Of a stretch of DNA of 51,284 nucleotides, positions 32,805-44,978 are shown in pieces. The DNA lies in contig CDMY01000564.1 of NCBI GenBank assembly GCA_001179505.1, positions 1-51,284 of the forward strand. The letters are read 5' to 3'. Below the pieces are notes generated by a model, which was given only the letters and a program-made list of their open reading frames with translations, was not told the origin of the DNA and did no database searches. Position 1 is the stretch's first letter; each line of letters begins with the position of its first letter. The position numbers were made by a program, and so were the translations under genes. The stretch is from Vitrella brassicaformis CCMP3155 (Eukaryota; Protista; Chromerida).

Positions 32805-33920
32805 ATATGTCTCGCATGGCGCTTGTTGTGTCACCAGCAGAAGCATCCGCTGGTGACACATGCCCTCTCCTGGTGACGTTTCTCGAGCATCCGCTGCTAT
32901 GCAGGTCCCCGTCATCGCAACAGCCGCCGCAGCAGGTCCGGTGCACTGTACTCCACTCCTGCAGGCGTTCGTGCGTACATGTGCAGCATGCTTGGCGCAG
33001 TTGATCGATTTGGAGGAGAATGAGCCACCCCCGTCTCGGGCAAGGCACAAGGTAATTGCACGCATGGGCATGTATGAATGCCAACCCCATGTCTTTTGCC
33101 TTTCTGCGGGTCAGGGCGCTGCAGAATCCTCGCACGGCCGTAATCAGCCCATAACAAAAAAACGAATGCAAGGCATGTCGTGTGTCATTTTTATCGTTCG
33201 CCTGCCGGCTCCCCAGCCCCCACCTTCTGTGAACGACGCCCGTCTCTTATTGAACGACGCCCGTCCCCTTTGAAGTGATCGATCGGGACTCGCCCAGCTG
33301 AAGTGGCAATGATCATACGGGTTTGGGCGGCGGCAATGTGTACATCAATCTTGTAAGTGAGGTAGGCGAAGGAGAGGTGAAAAAATCTCACGACTTGCAC
33401 ATATGTCGAACAGTCGGGAGAACGCAGAGGATTCCAGAGGATGATACGAAGGCAGGAAGAGGTACAATGCTAAAGACGGATCGTCGACGCTGTACTGCTG
33501 CCAAAGAGACAGAACAGTTCCGTCGATTCTCATATGTGGTAACACTTGAGTAAGGATGCACTTTTATCAGTTTATGCAGCACAACCACAGTTTATGAAGG
33601 GGTTGTGCTGTGGTTGTGCTGCTGCGAACATATCCTTTCCCCCTTTGGTACCGGCCTTGTGACTTTGTTGCGTGTCGTGATTGGACTCTGCGTGCTGTTT
33701 CTGTTGCTTGAACGGGCTCCCCTGTGCGTACACCACTGTTGCTGCAGCTGACGATCACGTGCATCGCCATTCTTTCTTCCACGTCACGTATCACCCACTT
33801 CACCGTCCACCTATCCATTACCACTAGAGCCAGTCACCCCTCGCTCTCGCAATTTCCCGCACTGTATCTATCATCCGTCGTATCTCTAACGCCGAATCGT
33901 CGAATAATTTTCAGTTAACA

Positions 33921-36008
33921 ATGGGACGCGCCACTCTATGTGTCCTTCTTGTTCATCGGCCAACCCATGTTCAAACGTCAAGTGAGACATGCGACATCAG
34001 TAGACCACACTGGAACCACACTAAGAGTTTTCCGAGCGACGCCCCGTCCTCGCAAGAGAACACTTCCTGGGGGAAAAAAGAGATCCCCATGCCAGAACAT
34101 GTGAGACTGGGCACCATTCTCCGTATTATCGTTTCAGGAACAGCCTTGTTGCTCATCTCAGTCGCTGTAAGGCAAGACCTCTTCTCGGTCCACCCCATCA
34201 GTTACGCAGACCAAAGGGCAGCAGAGGAGCGTGGAAATGATGGGCGGGCCCCTATCGACCTCACAGCACTGGACGCTTTTGTGAGGCGGCTGAATGAAGG
34301 TGACCTGCTGAGGAAGCATTGCGAACCCTACTGGGAAGAAATGGTGTTGGACGAAAATCCGACGCTGAGTGCTCTCGCAAATCTGGAAGAGAGGGAGGCC
34401 AAGTCAGCTACTCTTGGAAGTGACCGTGCCGTGGTCCTACCCCACTTCAACTACAAGCCTGTCAGACTAAGTGTCATGAATGGGAGCCTCCACTGTCATC
34501 CTCTTTCGAACTGCAAACCACGAAATTACGACAGACTGGGCGCCGTCAGTGCTGAGAAAGTCCTACGGCGCATATCTGAGGCCCTGGGTCAGGCAAGGAG
34601 GGAAGGAGGAAGCCTGTCAGACGTCAATTTCACGATACATCTCGAAGACTGCCCAAAACTCTGGTGGGACACCTGGTGGTACACTTCACCATGACTCTTG
34701 CACCGAGGGAAAGGAGCCAGGGACAGGTGTCCCGTGTCCTCCGTTTCGCAGGCGCGGGGAGGCCCCTGTTTCCGTGGCAAAAGGCGCCGGGTCCTGTCAG
34801 AAAGGAGGCGAACATGGTGGCTTCTACCAGAGTGTGCAGAGGGGTCAAGCCCCACCCGGGATGCTTTTATCCGAATCTACTCATCTGTTGTATTCCTGGG
34901 ACATGTAAGTGATCCAAGTGATCACTCTCCTGCGACATTTGCAGCTTCCTTTCATCTCAGTCCTGGTGTGCCGTATGGCACGCACAACAATCGATTTGAG
35001 GAGGTCATTCGGAATAAGATGCATGACATCGCATATGCGAACGGCTCACTCTCTGAAGACCTTTGGGCCAAGGCTTGGAACAGCAAGGAGGACGGCGTTT
35101 TCTTCATTGGACGCTTCAACGACGATGCCCGGCTTCAGCTGGCATGTCAAATGAGTGTGTTGGACCTGCAAATGTCGAGGGCATTCTACATCTCTGACGC
35201 AGCCAAGGCAGACAGGCCACGTCAAAATTGCACCAAACATGCTATCGAGCTCGAGCGGTACGCAGGGACTACAACTCCGACTGAACCTGGGCTGTATTGC
35301 TGCTTTTTTCATGAAGTGCATTTGGCTGCTCCGCTTCCCATATTTGCCGTGGACCAGACACTTCCTTCGACGTGTGGCAGGAGGAGCTCTTCAAGCACAA
35401 ATATGTCCTGGACCTTCCTGGAATTGGTAGGAAAGCGCCCCTTACTTGTGCACCGGTATTTCACTACGCAAAACGGGAACAGGTCCGTGGTCTGCTCGGT
35501 TGAGCCTGCTTCTGCTCAGCGGCGCTGTTGTCTTTCAGCACATACGCAACTTTGAGGCTGCACAGGTACGCACGCAGGAGACTGGGTGGCAATTGGGCAA
35601 CTTCCTTTGCTGTCAGTTTTACGATGCCCCTCTCAAGCGACGTGGTGTGCTGGTTCCTTTTTCCGACGCCAGGGATCTCCAAGAAAAGTTGGATTGGTTC
35701 CGCAACCATGATGATGTCGCACAAAGGGTCGCGAGGGCTGCTCACCAATGGGCATGGTAGGTACCCTTGCCAAATTTACAACTCAGACTTTGCTACTCCA
35801 CACCGACGTCCGTAGGACATGTCTGACGCGGGAGAGCATTGGAAAGTCCCTCGTGACACTTTTGAGACGCCTTGGCACCTTTCAAAAGGCGGGTGAGAAC
35901 AGGACGGCCGCCGAAGTGGAGGGTTGTCGGATCGATCAGAGCATCGCTCTTGCGGATCATCAGGCGGAAGGCTTCGATGACCTTGTCCAAAAGTGCTTAG
36001 AATGGTAG
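33921..36008 (+). CDS. Glycosyltransferase family 90 (CAP10/POGLUT-like), type II membrane; start may be 33921 or a downstream Met; middle exons uncertain
   Basis: TM segment ILRIIVSGTALLLISVAV; DVNFTIHLEDCP; WNSKEDGVFFIG; QEELFKHKYVLDLPG; FYDAPLK...VPF..ARDLQEKLDWFRNHDDVAQRVA; CLTRESI. Stop TAG at 36006-36008. Confidence 0.8.
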
Positions 36009-36825
36009 CAAGTCTCCGAAGTGAGACACTGCCTGTCGAAGGACTGTGTTCCCAGACGGGTAGGCACCACAAGTGAAAGGATGGTAGAATCACGCAAAGA
36101 ATATATTTCATCGACCGGGAATTAATCAAGTATGCAATTGACGTCAGCGGCAGGAGGTCGCAAAACAGCCAACCATCAGAGATTCTTAGACTTAAAGGAC
36201 GAGCGCAGAGCACAGCGTCGCTACGGTGACCTGAAATGGGACGAATGATGAGCCGTAGCTGTCCAATGGTGAGCCGTAGCTGTCCTGTCTGATTGTGTGC
36301 TTGAATGTCTGCATACACAAAGCTAGCAAACCTACACTGATCCAGACGTAGCCCCCTCGCATGAACCGACACGCACACTCACACACGCACACCCACATAA
36401 TACACGGCATAAGACAGCCAATGTAAGGCGGAGGCATTCTCGGCGTTACACAAAATAAACTTAAGAGGGATGTGAGCTCGAAAGCACTGAGAAGGTTCTG
36501 TTGGAGAGAGGTGGGTGAGCTCGGGGTGGCAATGGTCGTCAATTCATACTGCTCACGAAGAAGGTCCCAAGGTCCTCTCTTGAAAGTGAACGGACACAAC
36601 TTGTAGCCTCCATTTTCTGATTGGGATGGAATGAAGTGAACTGAAGCATTGCGAGCGGCCAGATCAGACAAGACAAATACACACGATACTCCTTCCTAGA
36701 CAAAATACACGTTTCGATGCAGATCACACAGCAAGAGAATTTGCCGGGACAGAAGGAGAGAGACGCAGCTGTCCTGAAGGAGAGAGATGCAGCTGAGAGG
36801 CAGCAAATACTGCACATTTGTAGGA

Positions 36826-39125
36826 CTATTTATCCCAGCTGATTATGTTTTTCCAGGCGCCCATAGTGTCTACTTGCACGGCTTCGCCTTGCCTGAATAT
36901 GTGTCCCCTATCTTCCTGGAAGTATCGGGGGTCAGCATTCCCAAGCAATACAGGAAACCTTCAGACACAGACGAAGTCAAGTCATTGGAAGGTCAGTGTC
37001 TTCACCACTGTGTATTGTCTACCTGTGCGGGTTGCACCTGACGAACCACGGCAGCTCCCTCAGTTTCACTTGTTTATACTTCTCGCCGAGCTGCATAGAG
37101 CCATACATCATTCATGTGTCTACTTGTGTGCAATTCCTGCGCAATCGGTGTTTTCACGCACCTCGTCTTTGCGCATGTACTTGGCGAAGATCTTGACTTT
37201 TCTCGTATAGCCCTCTGAGTACATTCTCCTCTGCGCCCAAACCAGGCGAGCCGCCATCTCATTGAAGAGTCCTGCAGGGGTTTTCCATGATGAGCGTTCA
37301 GCCGCTGCCCATGAGTCGGCACGGTAAAGAGGCTCTAAGTCAGGGAGGGTAGTGTCTGACCACAAAAAGATTCATGCTCCTTGCAGAGTACCTTTCTTGG
37401 TCACGTTGCTGCTTACTCGCAAGTGGGGTGTTGAGCTCCGCGTGTAAATCGGATGGAAGCTTATCCAGCGGATCACCAAATAGAGCGTCGCCCAGACATG
37501 AATCAGGGTGGAAGATCTGACCGTTGCCCTCACCGAAAGTTGTGTCTGGAGGAACAGGGGACGCTGCATTAGAGTGAAAACCTACGGTGAGACTTTGAAA
37601 TTAGCATACACTTGACGAAGAGGAACGGAATGTAGTTGTAGTCCGTGATGTGCCAGCTGTGAACAGACAAATGGTATTTTGCGTCTGTGTCACACTTGCC
37701 GTCATTCATGCATACCCTCCATAGAGTTTCTGAGGCGGCTTCGTACGGTAGAAGAAGGATTTGAAGTCCTTGGCTGTCTTGTAAGGCTGAGGTCGCACAG
37801 GCAGCGTAATGAAAGTCCAATACAACGTGCGCCTTACATACAATGAGGGTGCCTCTAGGAGCGGTCGCCAGGGGCAGGTGTGGGATATCTAGGCTCATCA
37901 TCCTCGTCATCACGATATTGAGGTTCCCCGCCCAACTCATGAGAACTAAAGCGGTGTTCTCGAGCGGTTTGGCCATCTCACAGTGCTTGACCAGCTTCAT
38001 GACGTCACCGGCAGGGAACTCATCGGGATCGCTCGCAAAAATCAGGTCCTCGTCTTGCTTCACATACTTGTACCCTTGCTCCTTGTTTAGCTGCAAAAAC
38101 CTCCTCATGAGCTCATCGCGGGCCCATTTTTGTGTCGCCCAGCAGTCCTCATCTGTCCTGCAGTCATCGTTGCTCTCGTACTTGGTACGCATCACCAACT
38201 CCGGCAGCTCTATCACCACGATCCGACCTCGCAAGTCGCCAAACCTGAAGGTGGCTCCAGCCAGTCAGCTATAGCATGTGTGACGACTTGCATTAATCGT
38301 CAGCTATAGCATACACACCATGGAACCCACAGCCGAGCCACCGCGTGCCTACCATTCAGGGTCTTGCACTGCTTGGGTCATCATCAATGGTTTTGTGAAG
38401 CCCGTTGACGTCAAACGGCTTTCGCCAACGATGAACCAGTCGACTGCGTGGCGTAACTCGTGGAAGCGCACCTCTACGATATCTGATGACACTAATGTAG
38501 CGTTGTGGGTTCTTCCAGGTCACAACCCTGCTCACCCAGGTCGTATCCAAAGTAGATCATGTCGACGATTTTTCTCGGTCTTCCTAAGCGTTTGCCGGAC
38601 AGGAGGCCGCTGTGCTTTTCGTTGGCGGTGCAGTCGTCGTCCCCCACTTCAGTGTGGTTTGGCGGAGCTTCGCATGTGGAATTGATGGGCACGGGAGGGG
38701 CAGACAGAATATAGGTGGACAGCATGTTGGTGATGGACTCGTGCATAGCTAAGTACAAGAAGGGGAAGCCTCATGGCGAAGAATGTATCTGTAGACTACC
38801 TCGTGGTGCATATGGCAGAAGGGGGTGATTTGGGACATCACCGAAGTCAAAAACCATAAGAGCCTCCGCAAGTGAAGGCACGAAATGTGAAAGAGAAGCC
38901 CGGCGCAAGACAGCTCTCCTGTGCCCGGTCCACTCGGAGTCCCGGAGAAAAAGGCGAAAGAGAAATAGGCAGCCGATGACGAAAGATAGAAGTGTAGTTC
39001 CCTGCACACCACCAGGTGAACGCCAGACAAGCGTCCTTTCCTGGGTCTACCGTCAGTTTTTGCTTCCGGAGCAAATCCCACAATCGGAACTTCGGTCGAC
39101 GTGTATGTTCCCATTGGCAGAGCAT
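36826..39125 (-). CDS. Glycosyltransferase family 17 (MGAT3/GnT-III-like beta-1,4-GlcNAc transferase); start approximate
   Basis: TM segment TTLLSFVIGCLFLFRLFL; PRKIVDMIYFG; DIVEVRFHEL..AVDWFIVGESRLTSTGFTKPL; WATQKWARD; DLIFASDPDEFP (DxDE); SWHIT; C-terminal ELPWFVRCNPHRFPVLL. Stop TAG at 36826-36828. Confidence 0.85.
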
Positions 39126-39593
39126 CCGTCCCCTGGGCCAAGGTCAACCGTTAACGTCCCCTACGCCACGAGCCATGCAGCAAATAAAGTGCTAACGTGC
39201 CGCCTGATCCGTAGCACGCTACCAGCCACGCCATAAGACCATGCGAGACAGCAGTGAACAAAGTACGGCCAAGAACGACGACATCGACATCCGCGCTTCC
39301 GTTTGGTTCACTGTTTTTCTGCCGGCAGCATTGTCGTCCGAGGCACGCCTCAGGAGGCGTCCGATGTTTCTTTTAAGTGATGCACTCTCGGAAGGTTCTA
39401 CCAGCACCTACGGTAGCCGTGGTGGCTGTTGCGGCGAGAAGACTGGACCACGTGGGCGGGTGTGCCTTGGACCGCTGAGGACCTTTCTCAGCTTCGCCTG
39501 TTGTTGCGCTGCTGAAGCTTCTGCAGATGAAGCATCACTACAGTCCATACAGGTATGCAGGCACCATCTCTACACTAAACTTCATTCTCCATC

Positions 39594-39714
39594 GTCAAAG
39601 GCTTGTGGCGTGTCGGGGGAAGATATCTTGATCTTGCGAAGTCATTTGTATCAGGACTCTCCGAACGCCATCTTGTCCTGGCTATCTTCCCCCGACACGC
39701 CACAAGCCTTTGAC
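39594..39714. repeat. Perfect 32-bp inverted repeat with 57-nt spacer (long hairpin)
   Basis: GTCAAAGGCTTGTGGCGTGTCGGGGGAAGATA (39594-39625) is the exact reverse complement of 39683-39714. The spacer holds an inner CAGGAC/GTCCTG stem. Confidence 0.95.
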
Positions 39715-41217
39715 TTAGCCGCTTCTTGTCCTGGCAAGAGGTGAAAGAGACTAATGGCGACTCACGTAGGACTCGCAGTCAGCATGGCCGGTATGTGCGT
39801 TTTCCATTTCAGTCTCCGCCCAATGACCTCCCGAAAGAGAAGGCGACAGAGAAGAGGCCGGAAGTGGGAGAGAAGAAAGGTCCCCCGACACTCTCATTTC
39901 GTCGGTGATCGGGGCTAGATCGGTACATCGCCACTCCGTCGGTAATTAGGTTGACTGGCTCTGATGTAGGTCAAGGAGGTGAGTCAGTCACCCACAAAGG
40001 ATCTGGGAATGATGATAGTCAGATAGAAAGAAACTATCTAGAGTGGCTGGCTCACTATCTGTCGGTTTGATATCACACGTGGTAGTTCGTGGCAGCCGCC
40101 TGGTCTGTGGCATGGAGTGCATCGCGGTCGATACGGGTGCGCAGTCAGCATGCTCAGCCATCGGTACGTGTGATCATTCCTCTGGTTAGGAATGGGGGCT
40201 ACCGGAGACGCCATCTTGTCCATTGACAGGAGTGTGACGGTACGTGGACAAGTGCTCAGAAGCATCCATGCAGATCAGGATTCATTCCCTATCTCCCCCA
40301 AGGAATTGAGTATTGATTTACGTGACCCATCAGTGCGTCTGTGTGTCGTCCCACTTGGAAGTGTTGAATCGATCAGAAGCATCAAGCAGCTCGACGATAA
40401 AGTAAGCAAGCCCGGCCATGAAGTTTCTCCTTCTGACTGCCTTTCGTTTAGACGCGTTTGCTGACCTCCACCGACATTACAAATCTCATCGTTGCTGAGG
40501 TACGTGACACATGTCAGGCAGAGACAGAAACTGGATCCCCGATCCCCTCGTTTCCACACAGTTTCGCGAACCTGATACAAGACTGAAGCGACGCATCGGT
40601 CTCATTTCTTCTCCATTCCACTCCTGGGCCCCAGCCGAATCTGCCTCACGTGGCCATGTCCAGAAAGTTTCCGTCTCACCATCCGACAAGGGGAACAGCT
40701 CTCCAAGGAACGACAAAAGAAAAGACAGCTACAGTTAGTGGGTGACTCGTCTTTCTGTTTGTTGATTGATGCAGTACTGCTCCGGGCAAACCAGAAGAGG
40801 TATCTCCATCCACAAGAGGACAGGACACTGCCTCAGCAAAGGCAAAGGCAATGAAATTCAAGAGATCGCTTCCAATTCTTAGCATATACGGACAAAACAC
40901 ATGCTGATGGTGCTGCTGCTACCTACATGTCAGTTCCCCATCATTCTTCAGTCTACAGACACGCCTGCACACACGTAAGGAGAGTGCGGAAAAAAACAAG
41001 GACAGGGGGGTGGGCAAAAAACAAGGACAAGGGGGTGATCTCGGCCGCCTAGTCTAGTCCCCTCCCACTGGGTCCCCTCCCCCTTGTACAACCTGGGCCA
41101 TAAGGGAACCTTCGTGAGCCGGACTCGTCGCCCGTGGAATGAATGGAGAAACGAAAAAAAAGAAAGAGAATCAGGTAGATCAAAGGAGAAAAAAAAAAAA
41201 AACAGGTCGTAGCGGTT

Positions 41218-41817
41218 TTTTCTGTAGCTGATTCCGTTGCGGTTCTGCTCGACACGTCAAGACAAGTCAAGACGTCATTTGCCGTCCCGTTGCGTGTGCT
41301 GCAGCAGATCTCGAGGTGGCTCTTCCGATCTCAAGCACGCTCCCAACCATCATTCACAGGCAGTCAGAGTCAGCGCATCAGTGAGNNNNNNNNNNNNNNN
41401 NNNNNNNNNNNNNNNNNNNNNNNNNNNNNNNNNNNNNNNNNNNNNNNNNNNNNNNNNNNNNNNNNNNNNNNNNNNNNNNNNNNNNNNNNNNNNNNNNNNN
41501 NNNNNNNNNNNNNNNNNNNNNNNNNNNNNNNNNNNNNNNNNNNNNNNNNNNNNNNNNNNNNNNNNNNNNNNNNNNNNNNNNNNNNNNNNNNNNNNNNNNN
41601 NNNNNNNNNNNNNNNNNNNNNNNNNNNNNNNNNNNNNNNNNNNNNNNNNNNNNNNNNNNNNNNNNNNNNNNNNNNNNNNNNNNNNACTCGCCTTGCTTCA
41701 GTGTGTCAAGCTACATAGCTTGGAAGCGAACAGAGAACAACGGCTAGTAGCAAACCCTGATCGGACGCTTCTTGCCCACTGGGCGAGCCACAGCAAAAAC
41801 GTCAGGCCCAGTTGCAT
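41218..41817 (+). repeat. Duplicate of the upstream/promoter region of the UBL-RING gene (42345-42706), interrupted by an N gap
   Basis: 41218-41385 matches 42345-42512 and 41686-41817 matches 42575-42706, with a few SNPs. The copy stops about 45 bp short of the ATG equivalent. Confidence 0.9.
41386..41685. other. Assembly gap (300 N); collinearity with 42513-42574 suggests the true length is about 60 bp
   Basis: Both flanks match the duplicate copy, where the intervening sequence is about 62 nt. Confidence 0.9.
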
Positions 41818-42750
41818 TCATGCACACAGCAAGCAAGCAAAGATGAGAGAGATAGTGAGTCGATGCTAGCCGACAAGACAATCAGACACGCGTTATTCCC
41901 CAGATGGGTGCCTTCTGTCTGCCTTCTCAACACCAACGCACAACCTCTCCCATCCCCATTCATTCACTGTGACGCACACACATAGTCAGCCATCACGTCG
42001 TGTAAAGACAGGCACGCTCCTCTTCTCGTTTCTGCTTCTCCACTCCGTTCCTCTTCTCGTCTCTGCATCTTCTCCACTCCTCTTCTCGGCTCTGCTTGTT
42101 CGTCATGACGTGCTGGTCATTCGCTGTTGTGTCGAGCTGCTCCTTGTCGTGCCCATCCCGATGCAGCAAAGCAGGAAGGTAGAGGGAAGGGGAAAGAGTA
42201 ACATGTGTCGAACAGCTCCTCGTCGTCAGCACGTCCACATCACCAGGTCGTCGTCCATCATGCCCACCATCTCCGCTCCTTCACCGTCACAGATCGACCA
42301 TCAACTCGGACCCCGACACTGAAGCGGTATAAGCCGAGTGCAGCTTTTCTGTAGCTGATTCCGTTGCGGTTCTGCTCGACACGTCAAGACAAGTCAAGAC
42401 GTCATTTGCCGTCCCGTTGCGTGTGCTGCAGCAGATCTCGAGGTGGCCCTTCCGATCTCAAGCACGCTCCCAACCATCATTCGCAGGCAGTCAGAGTCAG
42501 CGCATCAGTGAGGAAAGCCAATGGGCGCGGTGAGCGCTTCTACGGAAGGGAATCTCTCCCAACCAACCTCACTGACTCGCCTTGCTTCAGTGTGTCAAGC
42601 TACATAGCTTGGAAGCGAACAGAGAACAACGGCTAGTAGCAAACCCTGATCGGACGCTTCTTGCCCACTGGGCAAGCCACAGCAAAAACGTCAGGCCCAG
42701 TTGCATAGCTCCTCGACTTGCGAGCTTGCATGTTTCCGCAGACCACAACG

Positions 42751-44641
42751 ATGCAACTGTTTGTTCGCGGAGGGAATGCAGCATCTCGCAGCGTGGTGTT
42801 GGACGTGCAGCAAGGAGATCTGGTGAGCATCGATGGATGCATTGCACCACACACGGGCCCAGGCATCATCTGTCGTGTGTGCTGCCTGCCTGCCGCAGAT
42901 AAGGGACGTGCTGCGTAAGTATGAGGCCAAGGAGGGCTTCCCAGTTGATGCGCTGCGCGTCATCTTCCAGGGCAAACTGGTACGTCACGCGGCATCCAGG
43001 CAGATTCAGGAGTGCATGATTGTCAGCCTGCATGCCTCTGGGGTGTCTGTGGCAGCTGGACCACGACAAGGCCCTCAACTATTACAATATCAAACATGGT
43101 GACACGCTGAACGCCATCGTCACCAACACGAAGTGCTTCTCTGCGACCAGTATTACTAGTCTGAGAGTAGAGAAATGCCGCGTCATCCATCCATCCATCC
43201 ATCTGTCCAGATTTCTCTTCCCGTCTGGCGGCAACTCGTCAGAGGTGAGAGCCAGGCAGGCAGGCAGGCAGGCAGGCAGGCTGGATGGGTGGGAAGCCTC
43301 CATGGCCATGTATGTATCAGAGAGTCGAGCATACCATTCCTGAGAGCAGTGTTGAGAACCGCGCCCGACTGTTGGAGGCCTACAATGCAGGATGCAAGAC
43401 GGTGGGATGAATGGAGGGGGGAAGAGGGGGCCGGCTGGCGAAAAGAATGTCGGATGGTGTCATTGTCTTGCGTCCCGCAGATCGTGCAGATCGTGGGCGA
43501 CGACTACGGAAAGCCGCGGATTGGCGTGTTTGACATCAAATCGCAGACCACAGTATACCAAGGTACGGATCGCACAACGAGGGCTCGCCTCATCCGGCTC
43601 GAGTCGCAATCCGGGTTTGTTTGTTTGTTCTCTTCTGATCAGCGGCGAAGCTTTTGTTTGGCGATCTCAAGCTGAAGTTGGAGGGCCTCTGTGAGTACAG
43701 CACGGTGGTGTCGATTCTGTCCGAGGTGGAAGTGGGCAGGGCGGCCTCGGTGCGGAACGCCCAGATGGCCCTCATCATGTCGGTCAGTCCATGGGAGGCC
43801 AAACACCTCAAGGCCCTTGCAGAACTGCACGACGTAAGTAGCTAGAGCGGCCGCTGCACTCAGCCGATGGCCGTTTCCTCCCATGTGACTCTTGTCAGAC
43901 GACGGTGACTCTCGGGAAGAGGGATCGTACCATCTTCGAGAAGGATCGCGCCATCAGTGAGAAGGACCGCATCATCGATGAGGAGCGGAGGACCGCCCAG
44001 AAACTGACCAACACCATCAAGGAGAAGGACTCCACCATCCAACACCACGAGGCGGCCATCGCTGAGCATCGCAAGACCACCAAGAAACTGACCAACACCA
44101 ACTTCGAGAAGGATGCGACCATCATGAAACACAAGGCGACCATCAAAGAGCGCGATGCGGCGATACATTCCCTCCAGGACGAGAACGCGCGACTCGGCCA
44201 GCAGAATGCGTCTTTGGAGCGTGATCGTCTCAGCGGCGCCCGTCTGCATCAGATCAGCGCGGCCGAGCTGGGCTGCCTCGTGACCAATATCGACTCCGAG
44301 GTGACCCGCCTGACACAGCTGCGGGGGGCGGCTGAGGACCAGCGTGCCAAGACAGAGGTGGCTGAGCGTGAGAGGGAGAGCACCTGCATGGCCTGCCTGG
44401 AGGAACCACGCGCAGTGGTGCTGCCATGCGGTGAGTGAGGGGATGGAGGGATGGAGGGACGGATGGAGAGACACGCTCATCCATCTGTGCGTATGTCATG
44501 TGTGCCTGTGTAGGTTGCAAGGTCTACTGTGGGTCGTGCTACGAGCGCATCCTGGCGGGCGGCACCGACGATGCCGATGCCGAGGAGGACTTCGAGCCGG
44601 AGCCGACATCCAAGTGCCCACTCTGCTCCAAACCATTCTGA
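42751..44641 (+). CDS. Ubiquitin-like domain, coiled-coil and C-terminal RING (C4C4 variant) protein; putative E3 ligase; multi-exon
   Basis: MQLFVRGG...VVLDV..GDL|IRDVLRKYEAKEGFPVDALRVIFQGKL|LDHDKALNYYNIKHGDTL (UBL). Heptad-rich EKDRAISEKDRII...EKDSTI. CMACLEEPRAVVLPCG|CKVYCGSC...CPLC. Stop TGA at 44639-44641. Confidence 0.85.
43252..43281. repeat. (GCAG)n intronic microsatellite; similar (GACA)n at ~44660-44685, (CA)n at ~18290, (TTGG)n at ~50908-50942
   Basis: Direct reading of simple repeats. Confidence 0.9.
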
Positions 44642-44978
44642 GAGGCAGAGGGGATGAGTGACAGACAGACAGACAGACAGACAGGCATGCCGCGGAGGAT
44701 GGCGGGTCGTTTTTCCTCTATCGGTTGTCAGATAGATGGGTGGGAGAGGGCCGTCCCGTGCAGATTGTTGGTGGGTCAGAGATGCATTCATTCATCAATG
44801 AGTGCGTGGATTCGGTGCATGTCGACATGTATTGTATGCACCTTTGTCCATCCACGACTCGTGTACAGTCAACGCCATGTGCCATAGCAGACCATGCAGG
44901 TCACAAAGATAACACAGCGCACTCCAATCGACACGTACGCACCATCATTATGCAAGGCTCAGTCCCGGGACACATTAG

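Noticed and set aside
33229-33266. Short direct repeats (TGAACGACGCCCGTC x2; also 4817-4853, 36251-36288, 40991-41037)
   Set aside because: Two-copy local slippage duplications with no further structure.
39960-40900. Possible gene from ORFs 40192..40464 and 40511..40738
   Set aside because: No recognisable motif and no consistent splice path found.
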